Virus record (IMG/VR): IMGVR_UViG_3300020051_001561
Span: 1 to 62,215 of that record
Origin: a virus
Taxonomy: Duplodnaviria; Caudoviricetes
Direction: 5' to 3' (one strand)
Length of the DNA stretch: 62,215 nt
Positions 9,407-20,400 of the stretch are shown one piece after another (the stretch's first letter is position 1; each line of letters opens with the position of its first letter). The position numbers and the translations under genes were made by a program. The notes below the pieces were generated by a model, which worked only from the letters and a program-made list of their open reading frames with translations, made no database searches and had not been told where the DNA came from.

Positions 9407-11164
9407 ATGGAAGAAAATAAAGTAATGTCTAAAATACCTGAAGTAAGGGCAACCCGTATCTTAGAAGACTACGAAGGGTTCAACAATTACATATTGGGTC
9501 TAAAGAAAAAAATGCAAGTCAAAAAGCATTTTAAGATGACTCGTGCTCAGGCAGATTACATTATTGACTTCCACGATGTTACCCCAAAGGTGGCAAGAAA
9601 ATGGGTAGAGTTGGATGAATACTTTGGTAAAAAAATGATGGAAGAGAAACTTCTTACCAAAAGACCGACACAAATATACGTAGAAAAAATCTTAGTAGAA
9701 AAAGATAAATCATTTCATATCTACGGAAAGTTATTTGAGACCGAAGAATTATACGACTTTTGGTTACCTAAAGCTGCGGTGATTCAAAATAGAGAAAGAA
9801 AAGTGGAAATTGATTACACTAAGTATTCTCATCGTCCACCACTCGAACATCAGAAACTCGCTATTGAAAAGTTGGTTGGGAATGACAAATATATTCTCGC
9901 AGATGATATGGGATTGGGTAAGACCACAGCAACGGTGATTGGTGCATTGGAAGCTAAAGCCAATAAAGTATTGATTATTTGTCCCGCATCTTTGAAAATT
10001 AACTGGCAACGTGAGATTGCCAATTACACAGATAAAGAGGTATCAATCATCGAAGGTAAGAAGTGGGAACCAAAAGATTTTACCATTATCAACTTTGATA
10101 TCTTAAAGAACTTCCACGACTTAAAGAAAGTAAAAGAGTCTTTGGTATTAAAGGAAGAATTTGATTTGGTAATTATAGATGAAGCTCATTACATCCAAAA
10201 CAAACAAGCTCAGAGAACAAAGATTGCAAACGATATATGTAAGAAAGTTGGAAAGGTATGGTTACTAACGGGTACACCAATGACCTCACGACCAATTAAC
10301 TATTTCAACCTATTAGATTTGGTAGACTCACCAATCGCTTATAATTGGATGGCTTATGCAATCCGTTATTGTGAAGGTTACCAATTCAATGTTGGTAACA
10401 GAAAGGTATGGAATGTCAACGGGGCATCTAACCTAACAGAATTAAGAGACCGAACAAAAACACACGTCCTAAGAAGACTAAAACAGGATATATTAGATTT
10501 ACCTGAAAAAATTCTCACACCCGTTTATCTAAGATTAAAGTCAAAACAATACGAAGCACTTATGGGTGAATACTTCGATTGGTATGACAACAACTCCGAG
10601 GAGTCATCCTCATTAACCGTGCAGTTCTCAAAACTGATGAAAGTAAGACAGGTCATTGCCGAAGAGAAGGTAAAAGACACCATTGAGATTGCAGAAAATA
10701 TTATTGAACAGGGAAAAAAAGTTATTATCTTCACCAACTTTACCGATACATTAAACCAAATTAAATCACATTTTGGAAAGTCCGCCGTCGCATTGGACGG
10801 AAGGATGAGTAAACCCGCAAGACAAAACTCTGTGGATGAATTCCAAAACAATGAAAAGGTAATGGTATTTGTTGGTAACCTCAAAGCCGCAGGTGTGGGA
10901 ATCACACTGACCGCAGCAGAAGCCGTTATTATGAATGACCTCTCGTTCGTCCCTTCTGACCACTCACAGGCAGAAGACCGAGCATATAGATATGGACAGA
11001 AATCAAACGTATCTGTCTTTTATCCAATTTTTGAAAATACGATTGAAGGTGTTATTTACGATATATTATCCAATAAAAAAAATGTATTTGAAACCGTTAT
11101 GGGTGATAATATAGACAGAGGGACGGTTGTAGAGGAAATATTGAATACAATTTCAAGAAGGTAG
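9407..11164 (+). CDS. SNF2-family (SMARCAL1/HARP-like) helicase
   Basis: ILADDMGLGKT, ICPASL, DEAH, LTGTP, GVGITL, QAEDRAYRYGQ. Confidence 0.92.
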   Translation: MEENKVMSKIPEVRATRILEDYEGFNNYILGLKKKMQVKKHFKMTRAQADYIIDFHDVTPKVARKWVELDEYFGKKMMEEKLLTKRPTQIYVEKILVEKDKSFHIYGKLFETEELYDFWLPKAAVIQNRERKVEIDYTKYSHRPPLEHQKLAIEKLVGNDKYILADDMGLGKTTATVIGALEAKANKVLIICPASLKINWQREIANYTDKEVSIIEGKKWEPKDFTIINFDILKNFHDLKKVKESLVLKEEFDLVIIDEAHYIQNKQAQRTKIANDICKKVGKVWLLTGTPMTSRPINYFNLLDLVDSPIAYNWMAYAIRYCEGYQFNVGNRKVWNVNGASNLTELRDRTKTHVLRRLKQDILDLPEKILTPVYLRLKSKQYEALMGEYFDWYDNNSEESSSLTVQFSKLMKVRQVIAEEKVKDTIEIAENIIEQGKKVIIFTNFTDTLNQIKSHFGKSAVALDGRMSKPARQNSVDEFQNNEKVMVFVGNLKAAGVGITLTAAEAVIMNDLSFVPSDHSQAEDRAYRYGQKSNVSVFYPIFENTIEGVIYDILSNKKNVFETVMGDNIDRGTVVEEILNTISRR

Positions 11165-11208
11165 GAATATTTTCCCATACGATATTATTTATAAGAAAAT
11201 GAAAACGT

Positions 11209-12750
11209 ATGGAATTCAAAAAAAGCCAAGAAAGAATCCATGAGATAGAACAACAAATCTCAGGTTCTGAAAGAAAAGAAATAATTCAAGAAAACAAAAA
11301 AGACGTGAAAAGAATATCGGCAATTAAGTTACCGTATTCATATTCTTCACTAAGCCGTTTTGTGGACAAAGAAACAATGAATGTTCACTATAACCAACAT
11401 TACAAAGGTTATCTTAAAAAACTCAACAAAGCATTAGAATCGGTAAAAGATAAGGATATGGACCTTGAACTACTCATTAAAGGTATTTCAAGATACAATA
11501 GAACAATCAAAAACAACGCTGGTGGTGCTTACAACCACGAATTGTTTTGGCAAATGTTATCACCAAAAAAACAAGAACCTAATGGACCTGTTTTTGATAA
11601 GATTAAAAAACAATATAAAACATTATCCAACTTCAAAAAAGAATTTAAGAAAAAAGCAGTTTCACAATTTGGTTCAGGATGGGTATGGTTAGTCCTTAAT
11701 AAGAATGGTAGTATTAAAATTATGACCACTTCAAATCAGGACAACCCACTTATGAACACAATGAAAAATGGTGGAATTCCTTTATTAGGGTTGGATTTGT
11801 GGGAACACGCCTATTACTTAAAATATAAAAATAGAAGAGACCAATATGTTGATAATTTCTTTGAGGTTATTAACTGGTCGTTCGTTAACAAACAATTTGA
11901 CCAATATCAAAAAGGCAAGATAAACGAATCTAAGGTGGTGAAATCATTAATTACTGAGGGTACATCAAGAGGATGTTCACCAAAACAGGTAAACACTTAT
12001 AGAATGATTTTTAACAGAAACCCTCAGGTTAAGAAGAAGTTTATGTATGCAATTATGGATATCTTAAAAGAAGTATATTCTGAATTCCATTATGGAAAGA
12101 ACGAATATGCACCTGGACAGATGTCGGGTATCTATGATTTTGAACAACCTGGTCGTTCAGTAATCAACAAATTAAATACCAACTACTCAGCATTCTGTAT
12201 ATTAGTTAATGACTTGAACGCAGTATTAAAACACTACGGTCAGGACCCACTTAACTTTATTGGTGGTAACAATCAACAACAACTTCAAGAGACTGATAGA
12301 ATGATACAACTTATGATTCAATTCAGACACCGTATCTTCAATCAGGATTCAGGAACATTCCAAACAATTATGGCTTCATTAGATAGGTCAAACAAGTTTG
12401 GTGATGAAAGAGAGTTAAAGGCTGTTGTCAATATGAAGGATATCTTTAATACGAAGAAGGTATTCAAAGTAGGTGAATTAGGAGGTAAAGACGATATGAT
12501 TGGTGGTATTGATGCGACGGTTGAAATTGACGGTCAAAATAAAACCATTCAAATTAAACCTTTCAACGGTTACGAAGAAGAAGATGGTAGAATGGTAGTG
12601 TTCGGTACTGGTAACGTAAAACCTTACAAAACAGACTACATTGCTTTCCATAATGACTCTAAAGGTACTATCGTATTTGCAAACGATAATACTGAAATCA
12701 AAAATGGTAGGTTTACGTTCCCTGTTGATAGTTGGGTTAATCCTAAATAA
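11209..12750 (+). CDS. sod: Fe/Mn superoxide dismutase fused to a C-terminal putative PD-(D/E)xK-like domain
   Basis: LPYSYSSL, HYNQH, NNAGGAYNHELFW, FGSGWVWL, NQDNP, DLWEHAYY (all metal ligands present); an extra ~270 aa containing GGID...IQIK. Confidence 0.85.
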   Translation: MEFKKSQERIHEIEQQISGSERKEIIQENKKDVKRISAIKLPYSYSSLSRFVDKETMNVHYNQHYKGYLKKLNKALESVKDKDMDLELLIKGISRYNRTIKNNAGGAYNHELFWQMLSPKKQEPNGPVFDKIKKQYKTLSNFKKEFKKKAVSQFGSGWVWLVLNKNGSIKIMTTSNQDNPLMNTMKNGGIPLLGLDLWEHAYYLKYKNRRDQYVDNFFEVINWSFVNKQFDQYQKGKINESKVVKSLITEGTSRGCSPKQVNTYRMIFNRNPQVKKKFMYAIMDILKEVYSEFHYGKNEYAPGQMSGIYDFEQPGRSVINKLNTNYSAFCILVNDLNAVLKHYGQDPLNFIGGNNQQQLQETDRMIQLMIQFRHRIFNQDSGTFQTIMASLDRSNKFGDERELKAVVNMKDIFNTKKVFKVGELGGKDDMIGGIDATVEIDGQNKTIQIKPFNGYEEEDGRMVVFGTGNVKPYKTDYIAFHNDSKGTIVFANDNTEIKNGRFTFPVDSWVNPK

Positions 12751-12787
12751 TTCACATTTACTGGATATTTATATATAAAAGTCCACG

Positions 12788-13900
12788 ATGTCGATTATTA
12801 TTGAACCACAAAGAACAAAACTTTACACGAGAATTCGTCACTTACTCGGTGCACCTCTAAGAGGCATTGAGATAGAAGACGAAATGATGGATTCTTTATT
12901 GGAATTATCCATTGAAGACTATTCTCAATATGTGAATGATTGGTTAATTGAATCACAATGGACATCTTTATATGGTCTTAATCAAGATACACAATCCGTA
13001 GCTAAAGCACTTATCACTCGTTCTTTAGATTGGGAAACACAATACACTTACGCATATTCTAAGATTGTAGGTTTACAGGCAGGTGGTGACGCTGTTCTTA
13101 AAAAGGACTACATCAACCTACAAAGAAACCAACAAATTTATGAAATCCCTGCGGGTCGTGAACTTAATGAACTATTATGGTTCACAAGAGCAGAATTAGA
13201 CGCAGCATTCTTCGACCCATTCATGGGTGGTTTCGGAGGATTTGGTGGTATCGGTCTTGGTGGTGGTGCTGGTTTCTCACAAATGGGAGGTCAAGGAAAC
13301 TACTTCGTAACGCCAGCATTTGATATCTTATTAAGAATGCAAGACATCAATATTAAAAGAAGACTTATTGGTGGTGAACTTACTTATAGAGTAACCGCAC
13401 TTCCTGAAGGTAAAAAGGCAATTCACCTTTATAATGTACCTGGTGGTAAGTTTGATTTTGGTAATATTGCAAACAACGAATACAAAGTATGGTATTGGTA
13501 CTATGAAACAGATGACAGAGAATCTTGTTTAGCCGAAAACCCTGATATCGTTCGATTACCATCGGATGTTAATTTAGACAACTTAAGATGGGACCAACTT
13601 AACTCACCGGCACAAACGTGGGTTCGTAGATGGTTTACCGCATATGTTAAAGAAACATTAGGTAGGGTAAGAGGTAAATTCAGTGGTAATCTAAAAACTC
13701 CTGATTCTGAACTTCAATTGGAATATGATTCATTATTGAGTGAATCTAAAGATGAGAAGTCTAAATTAGAGGAGGAGTTAAAAATGAGATTAGAGAGACT
13801 CCGTCCTGATAAAATGATGGAAGTTAAAGCAAGTCAAGCTGAAAGTTTGAACAAACAATTACAATATAGAGCACTTCCACGACAGATATACATTATCTAA
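12788..13900 (+). CDS. gp13: Neck / head-tail adaptor protein (T4 gp13-like)
   Basis: IRHLLGAPLRGIEIEDEMM N-terminus; WVRRWFTAYVKETLGRVRGKF C-terminal motif. Confidence 0.75.
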   Translation: MSIIIEPQRTKLYTRIRHLLGAPLRGIEIEDEMMDSLLELSIEDYSQYVNDWLIESQWTSLYGLNQDTQSVAKALITRSLDWETQYTYAYSKIVGLQAGGDAVLKKDYINLQRNQQIYEIPAGRELNELLWFTRAELDAAFFDPFMGGFGGFGGIGLGGGAGFSQMGGQGNYFVTPAFDILLRMQDINIKRRLIGGELTYRVTALPEGKKAIHLYNVPGGKFDFGNIANNEYKVWYWYYETDDRESCLAENPDIVRLPSDVNLDNLRWDQLNSPAQTWVRRWFTAYVKETLGRVRGKFSGNLKTPDSELQLEYDSLLSESKDEKSKLEEELKMRLERLRPDKMMEVKASQAESLNKQLQYRALPRQIYII

Positions 13901-13901
13901 T

Positions 13902-14234
13902 ATGGGAATTTTTAAGAGTTACCCCGTTATTAAAATTGTTAACGGAAAAGAAGTTAAAACTTCTGATGCAATTATCTGTACAAATACAGGATATACAACA
14001 AACGGTGAAGCCGCAATTATTATAAAAAATGTGGAACAGTGTGTTGTAACTTTAGATGAAACAACCACTGACCACATTACAATTAAATCTATGACTAATG
14101 TCACAATCAAAAGTGACAAACTAATCGATGACGAATATAACCAAATAGAAACCGAAAGAGGTGCCTCTGTTGAATTACGTTATATAGGACAAGGTTGGTA
14201 TATTATGTCGTCTGATGGCTTAAAGAACTCATAA
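13902..14234 (+). CDS. Hypothetical beta-rich protein, possibly structural
   Basis: Starts 1 nt after the gp13 stop; SVELRYIGQGWYI end resembles fibre-type domains. Confidence 0.55.
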   Translation: MGIFKSYPVIKIVNGKEVKTSDAIICTNTGYTTNGEAAIIIKNVEQCVVTLDETTTDHITIKSMTNVTIKSDKLIDDEYNQIETERGASVELRYIGQGWYIMSSDGLKNS

Positions 14235-16962
14235 GTTTTCTATTCTTAGAAACATACTCTTCATCCACTAATTCCATCGTACCTTCTACATACATATAGT
14301 ATGGGTCAATACCTACACTATCCCAAAACTTAATTTCAGTATCTGAGATGGTTAATACCTCCTCTAAGGTATCTTGGTCCCCTTCACGACGAGGATAACC
14401 CCTCACCAACTCCGTCTGTGTCTTAGTAAAGAATGGACGTTTAGTTGGGTCTTCGACCAATATCTCATCACGAATTTCCGTAGAAAAAACAACTAATAGT
14501 GGTTCAATACGTTTGTTAAATGATGCAAGATATCGAGGTACGTTGTATTCACCTAACATATCAGGTTTTTCAGATATGTCTTTTTCATCAATCAAATAAC
14601 AATTCAAGACGACCTCATCTTTTTTCTTTTGTACATCACCGTGAGACTTTCTTTCACCATTATTTACATAGTAGATAGTATCACCCAAACCAACCTGTAG
14701 GTCATGTTTCATCGCTAATTCCATATGTGCTTGACGAGACATTAGTGAACCCGATTTTGTTCTTTTAGTTATGTGTTTTTTATACTCCGCTATTGATTGT
14801 TTTACACGTGCTTTATTGGCAATCTTTGAGATGGGTATCTGACGATTGTAGATGATATCTACATATTCGTAGTAGTACTCTAAGAATTCGTGACCCTTAC
14901 CATCTAACAACATACGAAGACCTTTATCCAAAAATTCAGCAACATAAGTTGGAAGTTTCTTAGACTTAATCGTGTTACCAGTAAGTTTTACTTTACCTGT
15001 GTCTGTTAATAGTGCGTAGTTTTTACGTGCCACGTTAATTGTTGCTGGCCATTGACCATCAGTATCGAGACCCATTTCACCCCTCATAAAGATATCGTTG
15101 TACTCAGCAACATCAGCTTCGGAACCGTGATATTCCTTACCCTCAACTACAAGACCATTAATACCTTTACCTATATATGTGTGGGAATCTCTACCCTCAG
15201 GTACTGAGAAGTTCACACCATCCGTATCCATTACGAGTGGTTTGTATCCTCTTTCCATAAACCACATAATCATCTGACGTAAGTATTGACGACCTGTACA
15301 GGTAATCTGCTCACCCATGTCCATATCTCCCCATGGGAATACGTGAGGTGCTGACAACGAACCGAAGAATGCGTTAATGAAAATCTTAATGGGTAATTGT
15401 TTACGGTTGTATTGTGAGGATAATTTCTTGTCCGTTGATGAGTATTCAGCCGCGAGTTGTTTGTATTTAATACGAGTATCACGGAAATACTTCAACATAC
15501 TCTTCATTGCACCTGTAACATCACACTTAGGGAACACATCGTGAACCAACTGAATGGATGGGTATAGTGATGAGTAATCGAGTTTTAGTACATCTGTTGA
15601 ATAACCCACCGCTAACAAACGTGACAAACCACCTGTAAAGGGTCGTTTATCTCCCTTCTGAGGGATTGCAAGTCCGTGCTTGTATGACCACGAAGCCATA
15701 ATCATTTTCCACAGTGTGGCGGTACCCATGGTGGACAGACGTTCGTAGGTGGTTGGTACCAACTTAGCAAGTAAGAAGTTAGCTTGATTGTATTCTTCAT
15801 CAACTACCATTGTTTCCCAAATATCATCGTATAGATATCTTTCAATGATGTACTTACCATTAACCTCTTCAAATGCACCTGGAAAACGCTCCATTAAATT
15901 TTCTGTACCAGGTGCTCCGACTTCTTTATATCCACCTGACTTAGGATTGAAATAGTAATCCTTATTGTCAAAATAGATTTTACCAATCTTATCACCCTGA
16001 ACATACACACGGTTTGGTTTCTCAGCCCCGATAAATTGGGTAATATACTTAAGACCCCAACTCTTAATGTCTGAGTTGATTGCTTGTGCTCTACGAACCG
16101 CATGGGCAATATCCACAACATTGTAACCCCACATCTGCATCTGAGTGTATTCTTCCATCTCATTTGCCAACTTCAACATCCCGTCCTTTGTTCTAAAATT
16201 AACTTCAGGATTAAGGGTTTTGATAATCTTCTTTGGGTCCAAACCTAAAATCTCTGCTCTACGAATTAAGAATGGAAAATCGAAGAATGCCGAGTTGTAT
16301 CCACCAATAAGTGTTGGTTTAAGGTGATTTACAATATCAAAAAACTCAATGATAAGTTTTCTTTCTTCTTCAGGATTTTCTGCTGATAATACCTTTTCAT
16401 ACCCTCTATTGTCTTTCATACCAATGAGGAAGATTTGACTGTCTTCAGGTGAGAGACCTGTGGTCTCGATATCGAATACAAAACGGTGAACCTCATCATA
16501 TTCGTCAAACCCTTTGAAAAGTCGTTTCCCCTTCTGACATAGATATTGTTCTGTTGGTGGTAGAATCATAATATCCCCTGAGTTATCTCTATTCCATGGG
16601 TCTAATCCCCCACCTTTGAAGAAGTTAACTAAGTTTGAGTATGATTTGGTTGTCTTGACTATATATTTCAAACCTTTTTCCATTCTCTCATCTCCATGAG
16701 TATCTAACTTCTCAATAAGGATACCGTGGGTTGACATCGCTTGTTTCTGAGATGCTTTTGAACCACCATAGAAATTCTTTCCATGAAGGTCTCCCACCCA
16801 TGCAAAAGGAATAAATGAGTCTGATTTGATTTGTTTACCCTGAATAGGGTCTTGAATTACTTTGAATATTTTTCCTGAACGATAGTCGTACTCTAACGCA
16901 ACTATATACTTTTCAGGGTCCTCCCCTAATAGGAATTCTTCGATTACTTCTTGTGATACCAT
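14203..16962 (-). CDS. polB: DNA polymerase family B
   Basis: ExoI FDIETTG, ExoII YNSAFFDFPF, motif A DYSSLYPS, motif B KIFINAFFG, motif C DTDG, KNYA. Confidence 0.95.
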   Translation of the reverse strand: MVSQEVIEEFLLGEDPEKYIVALEYDYRSGKIFKVIQDPIQGKQIKSDSFIPFAWVGDLHGKNFYGGSKASQKQAMSTHGILIEKLDTHGDERMEKGLKYIVKTTKSYSNLVNFFKGGGLDPWNRDNSGDIMILPPTEQYLCQKGKRLFKGFDEYDEVHRFVFDIETTGLSPEDSQIFLIGMKDNRGYEKVLSAENPEEERKLIIEFFDIVNHLKPTLIGGYNSAFFDFPFLIRRAEILGLDPKKIIKTLNPEVNFRTKDGMLKLANEMEEYTQMQMWGYNVVDIAHAVRRAQAINSDIKSWGLKYITQFIGAEKPNRVYVQGDKIGKIYFDNKDYYFNPKSGGYKEVGAPGTENLMERFPGAFEEVNGKYIIERYLYDDIWETMVVDEEYNQANFLLAKLVPTTYERLSTMGTATLWKMIMASWSYKHGLAIPQKGDKRPFTGGLSRLLAVGYSTDVLKLDYSSLYPSIQLVHDVFPKCDVTGAMKSMLKYFRDTRIKYKQLAAEYSSTDKKLSSQYNRKQLPIKIFINAFFGSLSAPHVFPWGDMDMGEQITCTGRQYLRQMIMWFMERGYKPLVMDTDGVNFSVPEGRDSHTYIGKGINGLVVEGKEYHGSEADVAEYNDIFMRGEMGLDTDGQWPATINVARKNYALLTDTGKVKLTGNTIKSKKLPTYVAEFLDKGLRMLLDGKGHEFLEYYYEYVDIIYNRQIPISKIANKARVKQSIAEYKKHITKRTKSGSLMSRQAHMELAMKHDLQVGLGDTIYYVNNGERKSHGDVQKKKDEVVLNCYLIDEKDISEKPDMLGEYNVPRYLASFNKRIEPLLVVFSTEIRDEILVEDPTKRPFFTKTQTELVRGYPRREGDQDTLEEVLTISDTEIKFWDSVGIDPYYMYVEGTMELVDEEYVSKNRKLMSSLSHQTT

Positions 16963-17038
16963 AATATTTTCTTTTCGTCTGAGACATTATACTCACATCG
17001 TAGTGATGTGATTACTCTTTGACATTTATACTATGGAA

Positions 17039-17067
17039 ATAATAAGAAGTGTTTTCCTTCTTGTCAA
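17039..17067 (-). promoter_or_regulatory. Sigma70-like promoter for polB
   Basis: TTGACA-N17-TATTAT on the minus strand, upstream of the polB start. Confidence 0.65.
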
Positions 17068-17417
17068 ATGATATTGATATAAAGATTTTCCCTAATTGGT
17101 GCAATCAGTTCACCCATTGAATTAATGATTGAGAACTCACCTAAATACCTACCTTTTCTACGTGTGTCTCTTTGTGTCCACTTATAGAAAATATAATAGG
17201 ATGGTGTGGCATCAGGGTTTTGTTGAATCTTTTCGGTGATGAATGCGTTGTTCATCACAATCTTTGGAATACCTGTGGATTCTTCTTTCATTGAGAAACG
17301 GATTGTTGCATTGTCTAAATCCGCATCGAACAACTTCCACGAATCTGTTCGACCATCTCTAACAACCTCCATCTTTAAGATTGGTAACTCACTGTTTTGT
17401 TTTATAAAGAATTCCAT
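17064..17417 (-). CDS. BppU-N-like adaptor domain protein; paralogue of the N-terminus of 21572..26188
   Basis: MEFFIKQNSELPILKMEVV vs MEFFIKKNSTLPKLQVEVI; both have FSM, Y-W/F, G-F motifs. Confidence 0.7.
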   Translation of the reverse strand: MEFFIKQNSELPILKMEVVRDGRTDSWKLFDADLDNATIRFSMKEESTGIPKIVMNNAFITEKIQQNPDATPSYYIFYKWTQRDTRRKGRYLGEFSIINSMGELIAPIRENLYINII

Positions 17418-17440
17418 TGTCTATAAATATCTTGATAAAG

Positions 17441-17466
17441 AAAAACCCCTCCGAAGAGGGGTTTTA
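17441..17466. terminator. Bidirectional intrinsic terminator with C(UUCG)G loop on the minus strand
   Basis: AAAACCCCTC-CGAA-GAGGGGTTTT. Confidence 0.85.
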
Positions 17467-17488
17467 TATTTTATGTGTTTTTAATTTG

Positions 17489-20400
17489 TTATAATGCTTG
17501 TGGTACAAAGTCGTAACCAATCGATATGTTGTTATTACCAAGTGTAAATGATTCTGAATCACTTGCCGGAGTTAAACCACTATTCGCTGAAATTGATGAA
17601 ACCTCTTGTCCCAATACAGAACCCGCACCTTGTGTTTCTGCGTATATCTGACATCCTGAACCTAATACACCTTGAGATTCAACGTAGTAAAGGATTGTAT
17701 CACCTGGGAACGCTTGGATTGAATCCGTAGAGTCATTTCCACTACCTGTTGCTGTGTATGAAGATTGTAACACTCCATTCACGTAAATAGCTGCCGAACC
17801 TCTAGCACATGTTGCACTTGTGTAGTTAATACTAATCGTTTTTGGTGATACCGATGTCGACGGTGTTACCGTTGGTGTCTTAGTTGGTGTTCTTGTAGGT
17901 GTTCTCGTTGGTGTTGGTGACGCAGTCAATGAAATTGTTGGTGTAACTGTTGGTGTTCTCGTTGGTGTTGGTGACGGAGTTGGTGTTGGTAATGCACAGA
18001 ATGAACATGTCGTACCAAATACGTCGATTGAGTATGTTGGAGGTTCAGGTGATTCATCAAAACCAATAATTTGCCAACAAGGAGCCACATCACCACCTTT
18101 AGATGATAATGATACGTAGTCACCAACCGATGGTACTGCTGGTAAACCAGGAGCTAAGTCGGCGATTGCTTGTGTCGCACCAGGTTGACAGTTACCATCA
18201 AAGTAAGTTATCTCCTGAATTAGGAATTTATATTCAACACATGGATATGTTTGTACACAACTACTACATCTAGGGAATAATGGGTCATTAGCTGACCATG
18301 GTTGTCCTCCATCAGCTAACCAATCACCGTCTTTATTTCCTAAGTCACGGAACTCACCACCTGTATATGATGGACCGATAAATCCAACACAACCGTCAAT
18401 ATAACCTGTTTGGTTTTCTAAGTATAATGATGGATTACCTTCCTCAAGTGAATTCATAATTGATGTGTATTCAGGTCCGTTCAATCCAATTTTGTAAACG
18501 TAACTATCACAACATGCTGAGAAGTACATTGAGTAGTATACCGTTGATGGTGTTACTGAAGGAGTAACAGACGGAGTAACACTAATAGATGGTGTTATCG
18601 TCGGCTGAGGAGTTTGTGTTGCCTGTGGAGTGTTAGAAGGTGTAACCGTTTGTGTAGGTGCTGGTGTTTGTGTTGCCTGTGCCGTTGGAGTAACTGTTGA
18701 ACTTGCCGTAGGTGCTGGTGTTGATGTCGGTGCTGGTGTACCTGTTGGTTCAGGTGTTGAAGTAGGTGCTGGTGTTGATGTCGGTTGAGGTGTTGACGTA
18801 GGTGTTACACTTGCAGTTTGTGTAGGAGTATTAGTTGGTGTCTCAGTTGGTGTTGGAGTAACAGACGATGTTGGAGTTACACTTGCAGTCGGAGTAGGAC
18901 TCGATGTTGGTGTATTAGTTGGAGTATATGTCGGTGACGGTGTCACTGAACTTGTAGGTGTTACCGTTGATGTTGGAGTGTTACTTGGTGTTACTGTGTT
19001 AGTAGGTGTTGGTGACTGAGTAGGTGTGTTTGTCGGTGTTCTTGATAGAGAAACCGTTGGAGTCACTGTACTTGTTGAAGTAACGGTTGGAGTAACTGTT
19101 GGTGTTACTGATGACGTTACTGAAGGCGTTGGTGTGTTTGTAGGTGTCTTCGTAGGAGTAACTGTTGGAGTTACTGAAGAAGTTACCGTAGATGTAATAG
19201 TTGCTGTCGGTGTCAACGTAGCTTGTGGTGTCGTTGAAGGTGTTACCGATTGAGTTGGTGTTTGTGTTGGTGTGTTTGATGCAGTAATTGTAGGAGTTAC
19301 AGAAGGTGTAACTGATATTGTTGGTGTTACCGTTGATGTTGTAGTAGGTGTAAATGATACTGTTGGAGTAGGTGTTGTACTTACCCCTGGCGTTTGAGAT
19401 ACCGATGCGGTTACTGATGGTGTCGGAGTGAATGTTACTGACGCAGTTACTGAAGGTGTAGGTGTCTTTGTAGGTGTAGGTGTTTTTGTTGTTGTTGGTG
19501 TGGCAGTTGTTGTAGACTGTGGAGTTGCCGTCGGTGTTGGAGTTGTAGTGGACTGTGGTGTTTGTGTAGGAGTAACTGTAGTTGTAACAGTTGACGTAGG
19601 TGTAGGTGTTGAAGTACCACCAGGTGTTTGAGTCGGTGTACTCGTTGATGTAGATGCTGGTGTTGATGAAGGCGTAACCGAACTTGTAGGTGTCGGAGTC
19701 GACGTTCCTGCAGGTGTACTGCTCGGAGTGACTGATGATGTTATTGTTGGTGTAAATGATATTGTTGGTGTTGGTGTAGCACTTGAACCTGGCGTATTTG
19801 ATACTGAAACTGTTGGAGTTACAGTCGGTGACGGAGTTGCGGTCACTGATTGAGTTGGAGTATTTGTAGGTGTAGACTCTGGAGTCGATGTTGGTTGTGC
19901 AGTTCCTGTTGGTGTTGGAGTTGCAGTACCACCTGGAGTTCCTGTTGGAGTACTTGTATGTGTTGGTTCTGGTGTTGATGAAGGAGTAACCGAACTTGTT
20001 GGTGTTGGAGTTGCCGTACCACCTGGTGTTCCTGTCGGTGTACTTGTAGATGTTGGGTCTGGTGTTACAGATACACTCGCAGTGACTGACGGTGTTGGTG
20101 TTACCGTACCACCTGGAGTCTGTGTAGGTGTATTTGTTGGTGTTGCAGTTGCCGTGTTAGACGGTGTAACTGAACTACTTGGCGTATTTGTTGGGGTAAC
20201 ATCAGGTGTAGTTGAAATAGTTGGTGTTGGTGTGTTACTAACACCTGGTGTATCAGAAACTGAAACTGAAGGTGTTGGAGTACTTGTTGTTGTTGATGTT
20301 GGAGTAGATGCTGGTGTACCTGTTGGTGTAGGTGTGGATGTTGTCTGTGGAGTACTTGTAGGTGTTTGTGTCGGCGTAGATGTTGAAGTAGATTGAGGTG

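Noticed and set aside
4248-11226. Identical MEFKKS N-termini of the 47-aa ORF and the SOD fusion
   Set aside because: Only six residues with different codons and no further similarity; may reflect A/T-rich initiation bias
14203-16962. Intein or intron in polB, helicase or capsid gene
   Set aside because: No frame interruptions and no C/S...HN splice or LAGLIDADG motifs seen
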